Shown one piece after another: positions 36,534-45,553 of a DNA stretch of 51,030 nt. Positions within the stretch are counted from its first letter, which is position 1. Every line of letters begins with the position of its first letter. Origin of the DNA: a virus (taxonomy: Duplodnaviria > Caudoviricetes); the IMG/VR virus record IMGVR_UViG_3300020042_001510, positions 1 to 51,030 of that record. The stretch is one strand, 5' to 3'. The translations under genes were made by a program, and so were the position numbers. A model generated the notes under the pieces. It was given only the letters and a program-made list of their open reading frames with translations, was not told where the DNA came from and did not search any database.

Positions 36534-37133
36534 TTATTTCACCTTCAAGTATTCAGTGCCAGCTCTAAGCAAAGTTGCGTTGGCAAGAATGCCGCTAGTC
36601 TTGCGAGCAGAAGAGCCAGCAAAGGTGAGCTGGCCAGCTTGGCTTCTTGCGCTGTACAAGTTCAGCATGTTCTGATAGTCGGTGGACTCCAACATGGCGC
36701 TGGCATCCTCAAAACCCAGCACCCGCGCAGTCAGCGCGTTAAGGTCAGCAATGCCAACATCACGCATGGTTGCGGCCACGTTCTCGCGCTGCACAGCCTG
36801 CACAGATCCCTCTCCCAGCACAACGCCGCTTGCAGCAGCTCTTGCGCGGATAGCTGCGTTTGTTGCCCTCATGTTCTTCAACAATGAGTTACCAGCAATT
36901 TGGTAGTTCTGTGCTTCAAGCTCAGCCTTCTTGATCGTGCGTCCAGCTTGGATCGTGGAGTACTGCTCAGACATATCTGCGCGAACTTCAGCCACCGCCA
37001 ATGTGTCACGCGCCTGCAGCAGGTAGCTTGTCTGCTGATTGATGGCTGCAGCTTTTTGAGCCTCGGCTTCGCCGTAGGCACCAATCAGGCCTGCAACTCC
37101 AACTACTTGTCCGGGTGTTACTGCTGTTGCCAT
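36534..37133 (-). CDS. Internal virion protein (gp14-like), set B
   Basis: RARAAASGV..GEGS motif, Ala-rich; follows tail tube B. Confidence 0.75.
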   Translation of the reverse strand: MATAVTPGQVVGVAGLIGAYGEAEAQKAAAINQQTSYLLQARDTLAVAEVRADMSEQYSTIQAGRTIKKAELEAQNYQIAGNSLLKNMRATNAAIRARAAASGVVLGEGSVQAVQRENVAATMRDVGIADLNALTARVLGFEDASAMLESTDYQNMLNLYSARSQAGQLTFAGSSARKTSGILANATLLRAGTEYLKVK

Positions 37134-37134
37134 G

Positions 37135-39126
37135 TCATGTCCCTGAGAAAACAGCTACTCGGTAGTCCAAGCCCAGCAGGTTCATCTTGACCGGCAAGTC
37201 TTGGGATACCTCAATGGACTGCTCGCGGCTGTAACCAAGCACGCCATTGATGCGCTTGATGCCGGTGAACTCTGGTATGGGGTCATCCAGCAGCGGGTTG
37301 TCAAACAACCTAAACGCCACCGGCTGATTGTTGATGATCATGTTCTGAGTCTCGTTGACCACTGCGCTGATCTCCACAATGCGCTTCTTGAACGACACCC
37401 GGCTGCCGGTTTGCAGCTTGACCTCGGCAGGCATGGTCTTCACATAAACGGTGATTGGCAGGCCAACCTCATAACTGGTCACTGACTCGCGGTCAAAGGT
37501 CACAGCGCCACCAGCACTTACAGTCTCATTACCTTGTGGTGAACCATCGCAGATCACGTTGAGCGACTTACCAATGTGCGGCAGGCCAGATCCGACACCA
37601 CCCGCAGAGGCACCAACAAACGCACAGTCGGTGAAATACTCGTAGCCAAAGAGCTCAATGAAGTACTTGTCGACGCTGTTGAATGTTCGCTTGGTCACAG
37701 CATAGATTGCATTGACATCAACACCCACATCAATGAAGCTGCCATCGGTTGTAAATTCAGATGGGCTGGTCACCTGCTGGCTGCGCATGATGCTGAACAC
37801 AGCCATGCTGCCATCGTCGGTGTTTGTCATCAACAACAGATCAGCCTCTTCGGTGCTGGATGCTTTGCGCAGGGCAACACGCTGCGGCCCCTTGAGCAAG
37901 TGGCCAGACAGCAGCGAGATGCGCTGGGTGATGTAGGTCAGCTGCGTATCGTTAAACACAAACTCGTTGAGTGACTTGCCTTGGCGCTGAATGTAGATTG
38001 AGCCAGACTCCACCGATTGCACCCGCGTGCCGGGCTTGATGCCGTTGCGGGACACGTTTTTAAAAGTAAATGTCAGCGGGGTCACAGGGTCAGTGCCAGC
38101 CTGCGGAATAAAGAACTCGCCGCCAGTGGTGAACACTTGGAAGTCACGCGAGCTGATGATGTCAGTGATCACGTTTAAATCGTTGGTGTCCAGTGTCGCC
38201 TCGACGGCATCGTCATCCAGCGACTCAGTTGGGACAAAGTCAAAGAACAGGCCAATCTTGGAACCCCAGATGGTCGATGGACGCGATTTGCTGCCGCCAA
38301 AGTACAGACGGCCCTCATGGAAGGTCACAGTGCGCGGCCAACCCTTACCGGCAGACCACACATCAACGTAGCCGGTCTCAAGCTCCCAGCCACTAGATGC
38401 CACCGCAGTGGTGTCAAAAAATGGGTATTCAGTGATTGCCTTGACCACAGTGGCGCTGACGTACTCAACAATGCGAGCGCGGCCTTGTGTGTTGACGTTG
38501 ACGTATTGGTTGACATTGCCTGCCGAAAATACGCCAGCAGATGCTGTCAATGTGACGTTACCAGACACAGCGCTTGGTGTCAGGGTTGCCGCTGGGTTGG
38601 TTGCCGCCAAAGTAAACGCATATTTTGGGATGCTGTCAAACGTGATTGATGTGGCCGTCCATGCTGTGTCGCTGGTTCGCGTAATGCGCACCGGCTGCAA
38701 GTCAGGGTGGACAACGATCAATGTGTCGGCAGACTGGGTCCAACACATGTCATCAACAATGTCGCTGGTGATTGAGGTGGTCAAATAGCTGTTTCCAGTA
38801 CCATTGATGTTGGCCACCACAACACCATTTTTGATCACATGCATGCGGTTGTGGGTGAAGCACAGCATGTAGCTGTCGGCCACCGAGAACTGGAACGACA
38901 CCAGCCGCACGCCAGCGCCAGCGCTAGAAGCGCCAGCAGAGGCGTTTGGCAGCTCAAAGATGTGCTTTGTGCCGGGCCTACGGCGAAGACCACCTTGGGG
39001 CTGGATCAGCACGTTGGTGGCCTTGGCCAGCGCATTGTTGTATGCGGCCAAGTCAACCCGAGCACGCAGCAATGGGTCGAGCTCGCCTGTAGCGAAGTTG
39101 GTGGTGAACTCAACAAAGCGTGGCAT
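37135..39126 (-). CDS. Tail tubular protein B (T7 gp12-like), set B
   Basis: TNFATGELDP, PQGGLRRRPGT, QSADTL, GWPRTVTFHEGRLYFGG. Confidence 0.92.
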   Translation of the reverse strand: MPRFVEFTTNFATGELDPLLRARVDLAAYNNALAKATNVLIQPQGGLRRRPGTKHIFELPNASAGASSAGAGVRLVSFQFSVADSYMLCFTHNRMHVIKNGVVVANINGTGNSYLTTSITSDIVDDMCWTQSADTLIVVHPDLQPVRITRTSDTAWTATSITFDSIPKYAFTLAATNPAATLTPSAVSGNVTLTASAGVFSAGNVNQYVNVNTQGRARIVEYVSATVVKAITEYPFFDTTAVASSGWELETGYVDVWSAGKGWPRTVTFHEGRLYFGGSKSRPSTIWGSKIGLFFDFVPTESLDDDAVEATLDTNDLNVITDIISSRDFQVFTTGGEFFIPQAGTDPVTPLTFTFKNVSRNGIKPGTRVQSVESGSIYIQRQGKSLNEFVFNDTQLTYITQRISLLSGHLLKGPQRVALRKASSTEEADLLLMTNTDDGSMAVFSIMRSQQVTSPSEFTTDGSFIDVGVDVNAIYAVTKRTFNSVDKYFIELFGYEYFTDCAFVGASAGGVGSGLPHIGKSLNVICDGSPQGNETVSAGGAVTFDRESVTSYEVGLPITVYVKTMPAEVKLQTGSRVSFKKRIVEISAVVNETQNMIINNQPVAFRLFDNPLLDDPIPEFTGIKRINGVLGYSREQSIEVSQDLPVKMNLLGLDYRVAVFSGT

Positions 39127-39740
39127 CAGTTCCTCACCGCAATCAAGCTGTAGTCTTCGATGATGCGCATCGGGTTGTTCTGGCCATCAATTTGCATGGC
39201 TTGGCGCATGTAGCCACCACGGCCATTCTCAGATGGGTCACCTGTGGCCACACGCTGCCATCTGGCAGACTTGTCTTGCTGCTCGGTAATCGTTTCAGCA
39301 ATGTGCCAAGCCACCATGTACTTGAGCAGCTGCACAAAGTACTGGGGCATTGCAAACTCTGGCACACTAAATTGGTAATCAATAAAGACGCTAGTCAGGT
39401 TGGTGAGCAGCTTGTCCCCTTGAATTTCCCAGTCCTTTTGCACTGGGCTGCCGGAGTTGGCGCTGTTGTACACGGCACGGGGGTTGGCCAGTTTGTCGCC
39501 CGGCAGCTGATACTCATAGCGCCAGACAGTTGTTGGGGTGGTGATGAGCTGAGCCAGCTGCACCTTCTTCATGCCAAAGCTCCACGGGTACATGACCAAG
39601 GTGGAGTCGCGGATATCTGGATAGAGTCGGTCGCAAACGCTTGACTCATCGGTGCCGTCATTAAAAGACGAAATAGCCTTGGCACCAATCAGGAGCAAGG
39701 CATCAGAGCAGATCGATACACCAGTGTCACCAGCAGCCAT
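39126..39740 (-). CDS. Tail tubular protein A (T7 gp11-like), set B
   Basis: SICSDALLLIGA..ISSF, YPWSF, YQLP.D. Confidence 0.9.
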   Translation of the reverse strand: MAAGDTGVSICSDALLLIGAKAISSFNDGTDESSVCDRLYPDIRDSTLVMYPWSFGMKKVQLAQLITTPTTVWRYEYQLPGDKLANPRAVYNSANSGSPVQKDWEIQGDKLLTNLTSVFIDYQFSVPEFAMPQYFVQLLKYMVAWHIAETITEQQDKSARWQRVATGDPSENGRGGYMRQAMQIDGQNNPMRIIEDYSLIAVRN

Positions 39741-39756
39741 TTGAACCCCTCAATGT

Positions 39757-39795
39757 AAGAAAGGCCATCCTCCGAGGATCCCCAGAAGATGGCCT
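39757..39795 (-). terminator. Terminator-like hairpin after capsid genes
   Basis: Minus strand AGGCCATCTTCTGGG-GATC-CTCGGAGGATGGCCT followed by TTCTT. Confidence 0.7.
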
Positions 39796-39812
39796 AGCTA
39801 ACTGACCATCAA

Positions 39813-40088
39813 TTAGTCAGTGTCAGTTGCGCTTACGGTTGTGCCGTCAGCAATGTCAACCACACCAGCTGAAGACACAGCGTTGACGTAAGTCAACACT
39901 AGGCTTGGGGTAGTAGCGTCATAGACAAAAAGAATGTCGCCGACTTTTAACAGCGTTGCAATGCTGTCAAAGTAGCTCACGGTGTTAACCGTGGCTTGGG
40001 TATCTGTTGTTTTGTACAGATACATTGATGGTGCATTGCCAGATTTGGCAGCGCATACGGTTACAAAACCAGTGCTTGAAAATGCCAT
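39813..40088 (-). CDS. Probable capsid decoration / minor structural protein
   Basis: 91 aa directly after MCP; GNAP.M..Y.T.D....V....YF......L.VGD. Confidence 0.65.
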   Translation of the reverse strand: MAFSSTGFVTVCAAKSGNAPSMYLYKTTDTQATVNTVSYFDSIATLLKVGDILFVYDATTPSLVLTYVNAVSSAGVVDIADGTTVSATDTD

Positions 40089-40102
40089 GTCAGTCTCCTA
40101 GA

Positions 40103-40945
40103 TTAAGTTTCACGGCAGGTGATCTTGACGATACCTTCATCGTCAATGGCAACAGCGCCAGCACTGAAGACCTCGTTCACCAACCAAGAAGTCTTCTCAG
40201 CGATGTAGTTGATCTCAGTTCTCATGGCAATGCCTTCACCATAGCCAACTGCATCCTTGTGAAATGCGAAGCAGCTGCGATCAAGTGAGCCGTCAATAGC
40301 CAAGCCGCCTTCAGAGCGGTCCCCCAACATGTGGAACTGAAAGCCCAAAAAGGTGTTTAACTCGCCTTGCACCAGCGCTTTAACGCTGTTGAAGTCGGAG
40401 CTGGTCACGCTGGTTTCAGACAACAAATTGGCCAAGCCATTGCCGTGGATGATGATGTGACGACCATCAGGTGGCACGTTGTTTTTGTCCATCAAACGCT
40501 TAATCTCACGCAACTTTGTGATGTTCATGTTTGAGTCTGTGCCGCCAATGTCATTGCTCACTGTCAAGCTGGTGCTAGATGCAGTGAGTGCATCCAGAAT
40601 CATCTGATCTTGACGGCGACCCATAGCGCCAGCAACAACTTGCACCAACTCTTGGCGCTCATCGAAGTTGACTTTGGCTTGCGAAAAGATATCGCTGTAC
40701 TCTGCGGCGTTAAAGTCAGCCAATGTCAAAGTGACAGTGCTGAAGCCAACATTCAGAGGGGTAACATCAGTTTGGGGGACGCGAACAGTGGCAACGCCAC
40801 GGCCCACTTTGGGGAACTTAACAGTTGAACCTTCGACTCCACGACGCTGGCGAACCGCCGGAACCAACATTGCCTTACCTTGGTAGGCTTGTTTGACTTC
40901 CGCGTCGAAGAGAGTAACGAAGGCATTGCTTAAAGAAATGCTCAT
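40103..40945 (-). CDS. Major capsid protein
   Basis: AFVTLFDAEVKQAYQ, AMGRRQDQMILDAL, TSSDF..VKALVQGE..TFLGF; follows scaffold. Confidence 0.92.
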   Translation of the reverse strand: MSISLSNAFVTLFDAEVKQAYQGKAMLVPAVRQRRGVEGSTVKFPKVGRGVATVRVPQTDVTPLNVGFSTVTLTLADFNAAEYSDIFSQAKVNFDERQELVQVVAGAMGRRQDQMILDALTASSTSLTVSNDIGGTDSNMNITKLREIKRLMDKNNVPPDGRHIIIHGNGLANLLSETSVTSSDFNSVKALVQGELNTFLGFQFHMLGDRSEGGLAIDGSLDRSCFAFHKDAVGYGEGIAMRTEINYIAEKTSWLVNEVFSAGAVAIDDEGIVKITCRET

Positions 40946-41133
40946 TGGGATACCTCATTCGGTTGTTGAAAAAACAGGGTTCTCGCGCCGGTAAGCCTGT
41001 AAGTCAGGGCCGATTGCTTGCTGGTATCGCCAGCCAGTCGTCAGCATCCACTGCGGTAAGGGTCGGTTGCCCGGTAGGCCTTGGCCGGATTGTATGACTT
41101 TTTTGATAAAAGCAATAGGGGTGCTTGACTGTT

Positions 41134-41163
41134 GTACAAAAAAGACCCAGCCGAAGCTGGGTC
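41134..41163 (-). terminator. Rho-independent terminator between scaffold and MCP genes
   Basis: Minus strand GACCCAGC-TTCG-GCTGGGTC-TTTTTT. Confidence 0.85.
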
Positions 41164-41190
41164 AAAGGGCAACTGCTTGCCTTAGAGAGA

Positions 41191-41976
41191 TTATTTAAAG
41201 CTCGATTGAAACATCTTTTCGACCTTGTTGCGGTAGCCGGGGTCGGATTTGTAGCGTGGATCATTGACCATTTGATAGAGCTCATCCTTGCTGGGAGCGC
41301 CTTCAAGCGGTGCGCTTTGGGTTGGCACTCTGCCCTCATAGGCTTCGCGCACCTTCATCAACGCAGTGATGCCGCGAGCGGTGCCACCCATAATTTTGAA
41401 TTCCTCGAAATCATCTTTTGACCAGACACCCTTGTTGACCAAGCCGCGAGCCCAGTCCACCATGCCGTTGACGATTGCGCCACCGTTGGGGCCAAGCTGT
41501 TTCATCTCCACAGCTGGGTCAACCATGTCGCCTTGCATCAGCTCACGCGCTTGGGTTTGCAGATTGCCAACCAAGTCATCAAATGCAGCCTGCGACAGAC
41601 TGTTGTCCTTTGCCCATGTGGCCAAGGTAGACGCAATAGGGTTGGTTTCGGCCTCTTCGCCAAAGGCTTTGAGGTCATACTTGCCATCGGCTGGCGCTTT
41701 GTGCTTGCCTTGGCTGATTTGCTTGCGCAGATCCGACCAGGATTTTGCAATGCCTTCTAGGTCAGGCTCGTTGGAGTCCTTCTTCCAGAAGTTTTCTGGC
41801 CAGAAGTCTGGCCGCTCCAAGGGATCATCGGGCTCAGACGCAGCCAATGCATCTGGCGCAACGGCTTTGTGGTCAATCTCTACGGCTTGTGGATTAGTCG
41901 GGGTGGTTTGGTCATTCACTTGCACGTTGTCAAGTAGGCCGGTTCCACCGGGCTCGACGGTTGCTGTGTCGTTCAT
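41191..41976 (-). CDS. Capsid scaffolding protein
   Basis: ERPDFWPENFW, LAKS-like IAKSWSDL, C-terminal DPRY..DP.YR.KV; between portal and MCP. Confidence 0.8.
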   Translation of the reverse strand: MNDTATVEPGGTGLLDNVQVNDQTTPTNPQAVEIDHKAVAPDALAASEPDDPLERPDFWPENFWKKDSNEPDLEGIAKSWSDLRKQISQGKHKAPADGKYDLKAFGEEAETNPIASTLATWAKDNSLSQAAFDDLVGNLQTQARELMQGDMVDPAVEMKQLGPNGGAIVNGMVDWARGLVNKGVWSKDDFEEFKIMGGTARGITALMKVREAYEGRVPTQSAPLEGAPSKDELYQMVNDPRYKSDPGYRNKVEKMFQSSFK

Positions 41977-42236
41977 AGTTTCCTTGCTGAGTTAATCCGC
42001 ACCTCGATGTCCCTCACCACCGTCCTTTGCCCTTCGGCAAAGAAGGCGTGTGAAGGGTCTGTGCCCGGCACGGCGATGGGCACATTTACATACATGTGCT
42101 GCAACCACTGCAACAGCTTCTGGCCATCTTCAGAGCCAAACACCCGCAGCGTCAGCTTGGCCAAGTCCTCGCGTTTTTGGTCAACCTCGCGGATATCGCT
42201 TGGCTGACCAATGGCTTCTAGTTCATCCCAGCTCAT
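41973..42236 (-). CDS. Bbp19-like head-assembly small protein
   Basis: RVFGSEDGQKLL.WL...AFFAEGQRTVV. Confidence 0.75.
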   Translation of the reverse strand: MSWDELEAIGQPSDIREVDQKREDLAKLTLRVFGSEDGQKLLQWLQHMYVNVPIAVPGTDPSHAFFAEGQRTVVRDIEVRINSARKL

Positions 42237-42562
42237 TTTTCTGGCATCTCCATCATTTCGTCTTCATCAGCAAATGGCGACATGCCAGACTTGATGCGCA
42301 TCTTTGCGTGTTCATAGGCCTTGTCCATGATGGATGGCGGCATATTTGTAAAGAATGATTTACTCTCCACATCTGTGCTCAATAAGTAATTCAGCTCTTT
42401 TTTGGTAAGCGTTGGGACAATCAAAGGTATTTCCAGCTCTTTGCCATCCATACCCACGCCCACAGATATCTCTGTAGACACATCACCGTCGCGTCTTTTG
42501 AGCTCGCCAAAATAACCCATGCCTTTTTTTTCGCCGTCTGGTCGGTTTCCATAATCCATCAC
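42233..42562 (-). CDS. Conserved hypothetical protein
   Basis: RPDG.KKG.GYFG..STEISV..EIPLIVPTL..KAYEHA..R..G.SPF; ATGA-coupled at both ends. Confidence 0.75.
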   Translation of the reverse strand: MMDYGNRPDGEKKGMGYFGELKRRDGDVSTEISVGVGMDGKELEIPLIVPTLTKKELNYLLSTDVESKSFFTNMPPSIMDKAYEHAKMRIKSGMSPFADEDEMMEMPEK

Positions 42563-44172
42563 ATTACTCCTTCGGGGGCTGGTAGTGCTTGCATACCGGC
42601 ACCAGCTTGGGCCTGCATGGCCATGGCCTGTGCGATAGCTTGCTGCTGTTGTTGATTGCGCATCTCTTCCATAAGCACGGCTCGCTCGGCTGCGGTGTTG
42701 CGCACAGCAGCTGGCACACCTAGCTTGTCGGCAAGGTAGTCCACCAGCACATCAGTCTTGATGACCAGCTGGCCATCGGTGCCCAAGTTCTGAGCAATTT
42801 GCATGTACTGCATGATGGAGTTGACCTCTTCCATGTTTTGCGCCATGGCCAGCGGAGCCACTGGGGTGACCTTGACTTCCAGCCCATTGACCCGCAGCGG
42901 CATGTCGATCAGGCCACGCTCGTCCATCACTTCCAAGATCTTGGCGGTGACGGGGATCATGGTTTCGTTGATCAATCGGCCAAAGGCAGATCCAAGGTTC
43001 TGGGCCAACTCCTTCATGCGCTCGACGATCTCGGTGGCCGAGCGTGCGCTCATGTTGTCAGGTGGCAGCGACTCATCCAGCAAGATCCGCTTGATACTTT
43101 GAGTCATGTCGTTGATCACCAGCTGGCTCACGTTGAAGTCGCCAGATCGAGGCAGGGCCAGCAGAGCTGGGCCTTGTGAGCCGCCATTGCGAGCCACTGG
43201 GATGATGGCTCCCGGCACAATCTTGACAGTGTTGGGGTTGAGCACACCATCATCTGCGGCGGTGTAGACACCAGCCACGGCCAGCGATGCGTTCTTGAGC
43301 AGCAACTCTTTGACCTTGTTCAGCGTCTTGATGTCGGGCAGGGCAGTCATCAATGGGCCACGGCCATAGATCTCGCCAGCCACCTTCATGTACCGGCTGA
43401 TCACCCACGGGCTCATCTTGCGACGGCGGTAGACAATCTCTGTCTTAGATACCTTGTCGATAACGTGATAACAGTAGTCGCCACGCTTGTGGTCATAGAT
43501 CGTGGCCTCAAGCAATTCAATGTCATCAGTCGGCTTGTTCTCTATGCGGCGCTTTAGATCGTCTGATATATCCGCGTCTGGCCACTGGCGCTGGATGGAC
43601 TCACCCTTCATGCGCATGCGGCGGTAGACATTGTCCACTTGGCCGTTGGCACCTTCCTCGTAGCTCACCAAGAACAGGGGCACGGGGATGAAGTTGAGCG
43701 GCTGCACATCGTCGCCGGGCTGCACCATCATGCAGGCGGTGCCTACCGCCAGATCCAGCAAAAACTCGCCCATGGCGATGTCAAAGTTGGACTGGTTCAG
43801 CATGGTGAACATCTTTTCTTGGTAGACCTCAAGCACAGCTTGGGCTTGCTGCCTGCGTTCTGGCGGGATGTCTGAGCCAGCTTCCAGCTTGGCCCACTTG
43901 CGCTGGGGTGGGAAGACTACAGACTGCAGCCGGTTGGCAAAGCGCTGGGTAGAGTTGATGGCGGTCGAGTCAAAGACGCGCTGCATCTTCTTAGATCCAG
44001 TCGCGCCGCCTTCCCACACGCCATATAGCTGGCGCTGGGGCAAGGCAAATTCGTAGGCATCTTGGTAGAGCTGCTGGAATTCGTCCTTCTTGGCTTGTGC
44101 TGCCACCTGCCGTTTAAGGATCTGCTCTGGTGTCAGGCGCATGCCGCCGGGTGTGTTCTTATCGTATTCCAT
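42559..44172 (-). CDS. Portal (head-to-tail connector, T7 gp8-like)
   Basis: VFDSTA, DLAVGTA, GEIYGRGP..ALPDIKTLN, SATEI.ER; start reassigned to ATG 44172. Confidence 0.95.
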   Translation of the reverse strand: MEYDKNTPGGMRLTPEQILKRQVAAQAKKDEFQQLYQDAYEFALPQRQLYGVWEGGATGSKKMQRVFDSTAINSTQRFANRLQSVVFPPQRKWAKLEAGSDIPPERRQQAQAVLEVYQEKMFTMLNQSNFDIAMGEFLLDLAVGTACMMVQPGDDVQPLNFIPVPLFLVSYEEGANGQVDNVYRRMRMKGESIQRQWPDADISDDLKRRIENKPTDDIELLEATIYDHKRGDYCYHVIDKVSKTEIVYRRRKMSPWVISRYMKVAGEIYGRGPLMTALPDIKTLNKVKELLLKNASLAVAGVYTAADDGVLNPNTVKIVPGAIIPVARNGGSQGPALLALPRSGDFNVSQLVINDMTQSIKRILLDESLPPDNMSARSATEIVERMKELAQNLGSAFGRLINETMIPVTAKILEVMDERGLIDMPLRVNGLEVKVTPVAPLAMAQNMEEVNSIMQYMQIAQNLGTDGQLVIKTDVLVDYLADKLGVPAAVRNTAAERAVLMEEMRNQQQQQAIAQAMAMQAQAGAGMQALPAPEGVM

Positions 44173-44173
44173 A

Positions 44174-44497
44174 TCAATCCTTTTGCAATTCGTACTTCTC
44201 CAACATGTTGCGGCCTTTGGCTGCCAGCCTTGCAGCTGCGCCAGCTGTGCGCGGCACCGGCTCGCCCCACGCATTGGCTGCCAGCGCCAGCCGGGTGGGC
44301 TTGCCCTTGTCATCCACCAGTGGGCCACTTGGGTTGGTGTAGAAACGGGTCAGGAATGATCCCTTGCGACGCAACGCTTGGCCTACTGGGCTCTTGTCTT
44401 TGACACCCGGCTGTAGGTTTTCGCTTTCACCAGAGCGCTCAAACTTGCGCCGACCGGCTTCGGTCAGGCCACCCTCTGGATCCTTGTATTTGCTCAC
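44174..44497 (-). CDS. Small basic conserved phage protein
   Basis: KDPEGGLTEAGR...RRKGSFL.R...G.PTRLALA...WG. Confidence 0.8.
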   Translation of the reverse strand: MSKYKDPEGGLTEAGRRKFERSGESENLQPGVKDKSPVGQALRRKGSFLTRFYTNPSGPLVDDKGKPTRLALAANAWGEPVPRTAGAAARLAAKGRNMLEKYELQKD

Positions 44498-44652
44498 TTC
44501 TTTTCTCGCGCCGCCGCCATGTTGTCAACCAAGTTGGGGTATGGTCTGCCAGCTTTTGCGGCACGCCGCATGGCGTTGCGCTTCTCGGCTGATGACATTT
44601 CCTTTGGCTTGCCAAGATCTTTGGGCCGAGGCTTGTCCCAGACCTCTTTCAT
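44494..44652 (-). CDS. Small basic protein (52 aa)
   Basis: MKEVWDKPRPK...AGRPYPNLVDNMAAAR; coupled at both ends. Confidence 0.8.
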   Translation of the reverse strand: MKEVWDKPRPKDLGKPKEMSSAEKRNAMRRAAKAGRPYPNLVDNMAAAREKK

Positions 44653-44816
44653 TTCTTTTCCTTGCCAGCTTTAGACATGGCAATGGCCACGGCTTGCTTT
44701 GGGTTTGTGACCTTGTCGCCACTTGAGCTTTTCAGCTGGCCAGCCTTGTACTCGCGCATGGTCTTGGCGACTTTGTCTTTCATCTTGCTTGATTTGTCGT
44801 CGTAGTGTCCGGGCAT
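44649..44816 (-). CDS. Small basic protein (DUF6496-like, 55 aa)
   Basis: KVAKTMREYKAGQLKSSSGDKVTNPKQAVAIAMS; AAGGAG SD. Confidence 0.8.
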   Translation of the reverse strand: MPGHYDDKSSKMKDKVAKTMREYKAGQLKSSSGDKVTNPKQAVAIAMSKAGKEKK

Positions 44817-45553
44817 TATTCAACTCCTTTTAACATTGGTCTGACCATCTTGCGAGACACGGCACCCAGCTTGGATGCGCGGCGCTCGCCTACCTCACGC
44901 TTAAATGTGTCTTCTGCTTCGGTCTTCTTGGCAGCAAACTGCGATGTATCAAATTCACCAATCTGTGGTGCCTCTGGCTTTACGCCAGCAAACTCGGCAG
45001 GCTTTACTGGTGCAACTGGAGCTTTGCCTTCTGGCAGCGGTCTAAATAAATAATTGCTTGTCCCACGTTGACCAATTTCAACTGGACTTAAAACTTCTGA
45101 GAATCCGTATTTATTAGGATCTGTAAACAAATCTTGACGGTACGGAACAACTGCTCCAGTAAATGGATTGGTAAATCTATAGTCAATTATTGTTTGACCT
45201 CTATCTTTATAGGTAAACTTTTGAGATGCTGCAATCCTGTCTCTTGCTCCAGACGCAATTTCAGTCAATTGCTTTAGATATGCTTCGCTGTTTTTTTGAT
45301 ATTCACTGAGCGCCGTCTTGTATGGTGTCGCCACATTTGTGGTGTATTCAGCAAGGTCTTTACCGTACTTTGCCGAAGCCTCTTCAAACGGCTTCATCTT
45401 TGCGGCGCTTTCAGCTTGGTAGCCGGTGAATGCTGTTTGGTACTCGCCAGTCAGCGCGTCTACATTGGCCTTGTACTGCTTGGCCAGCCGATCAATATCG
45501 GATGTGCTGCGCCGAGCGATCTGGCGTTGTTTGAACTGGGGAAGGGTGGCCAT
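44816..45553 (-). CDS. Hypothetical (probable virion) protein, copy 1
   Basis: 245 aa; termini nearly identical to 49227-49829. Confidence 0.8.
   Translation of the reverse strand: MATLPQFKQRQIARRSTSDIDRLAKQYKANVDALTGEYQTAFTGYQAESAAKMKPFEEASAKYGKDLAEYTTNVATPYKTALSEYQKNSEAYLKQLTEIASGARDRIAASQKFTYKDRGQTIIDYRFTNPFTGAVVPYRQDLFTDPNKYGFSEVLSPVEIGQRGTSNYLFRPLPEGKAPVAPVKPAEFAGVKPEAPQIGEFDTSQFAAKKTEAEDTFKREVGERRASKLGAVSRKMVRPMLKGVE

Noticed and set aside
42559-44328. Portal start at 44328 as in the ORF track
   Set aside because: Extension overlaps the 44174-44497 gene; AAGGA SD supports ATG 44172
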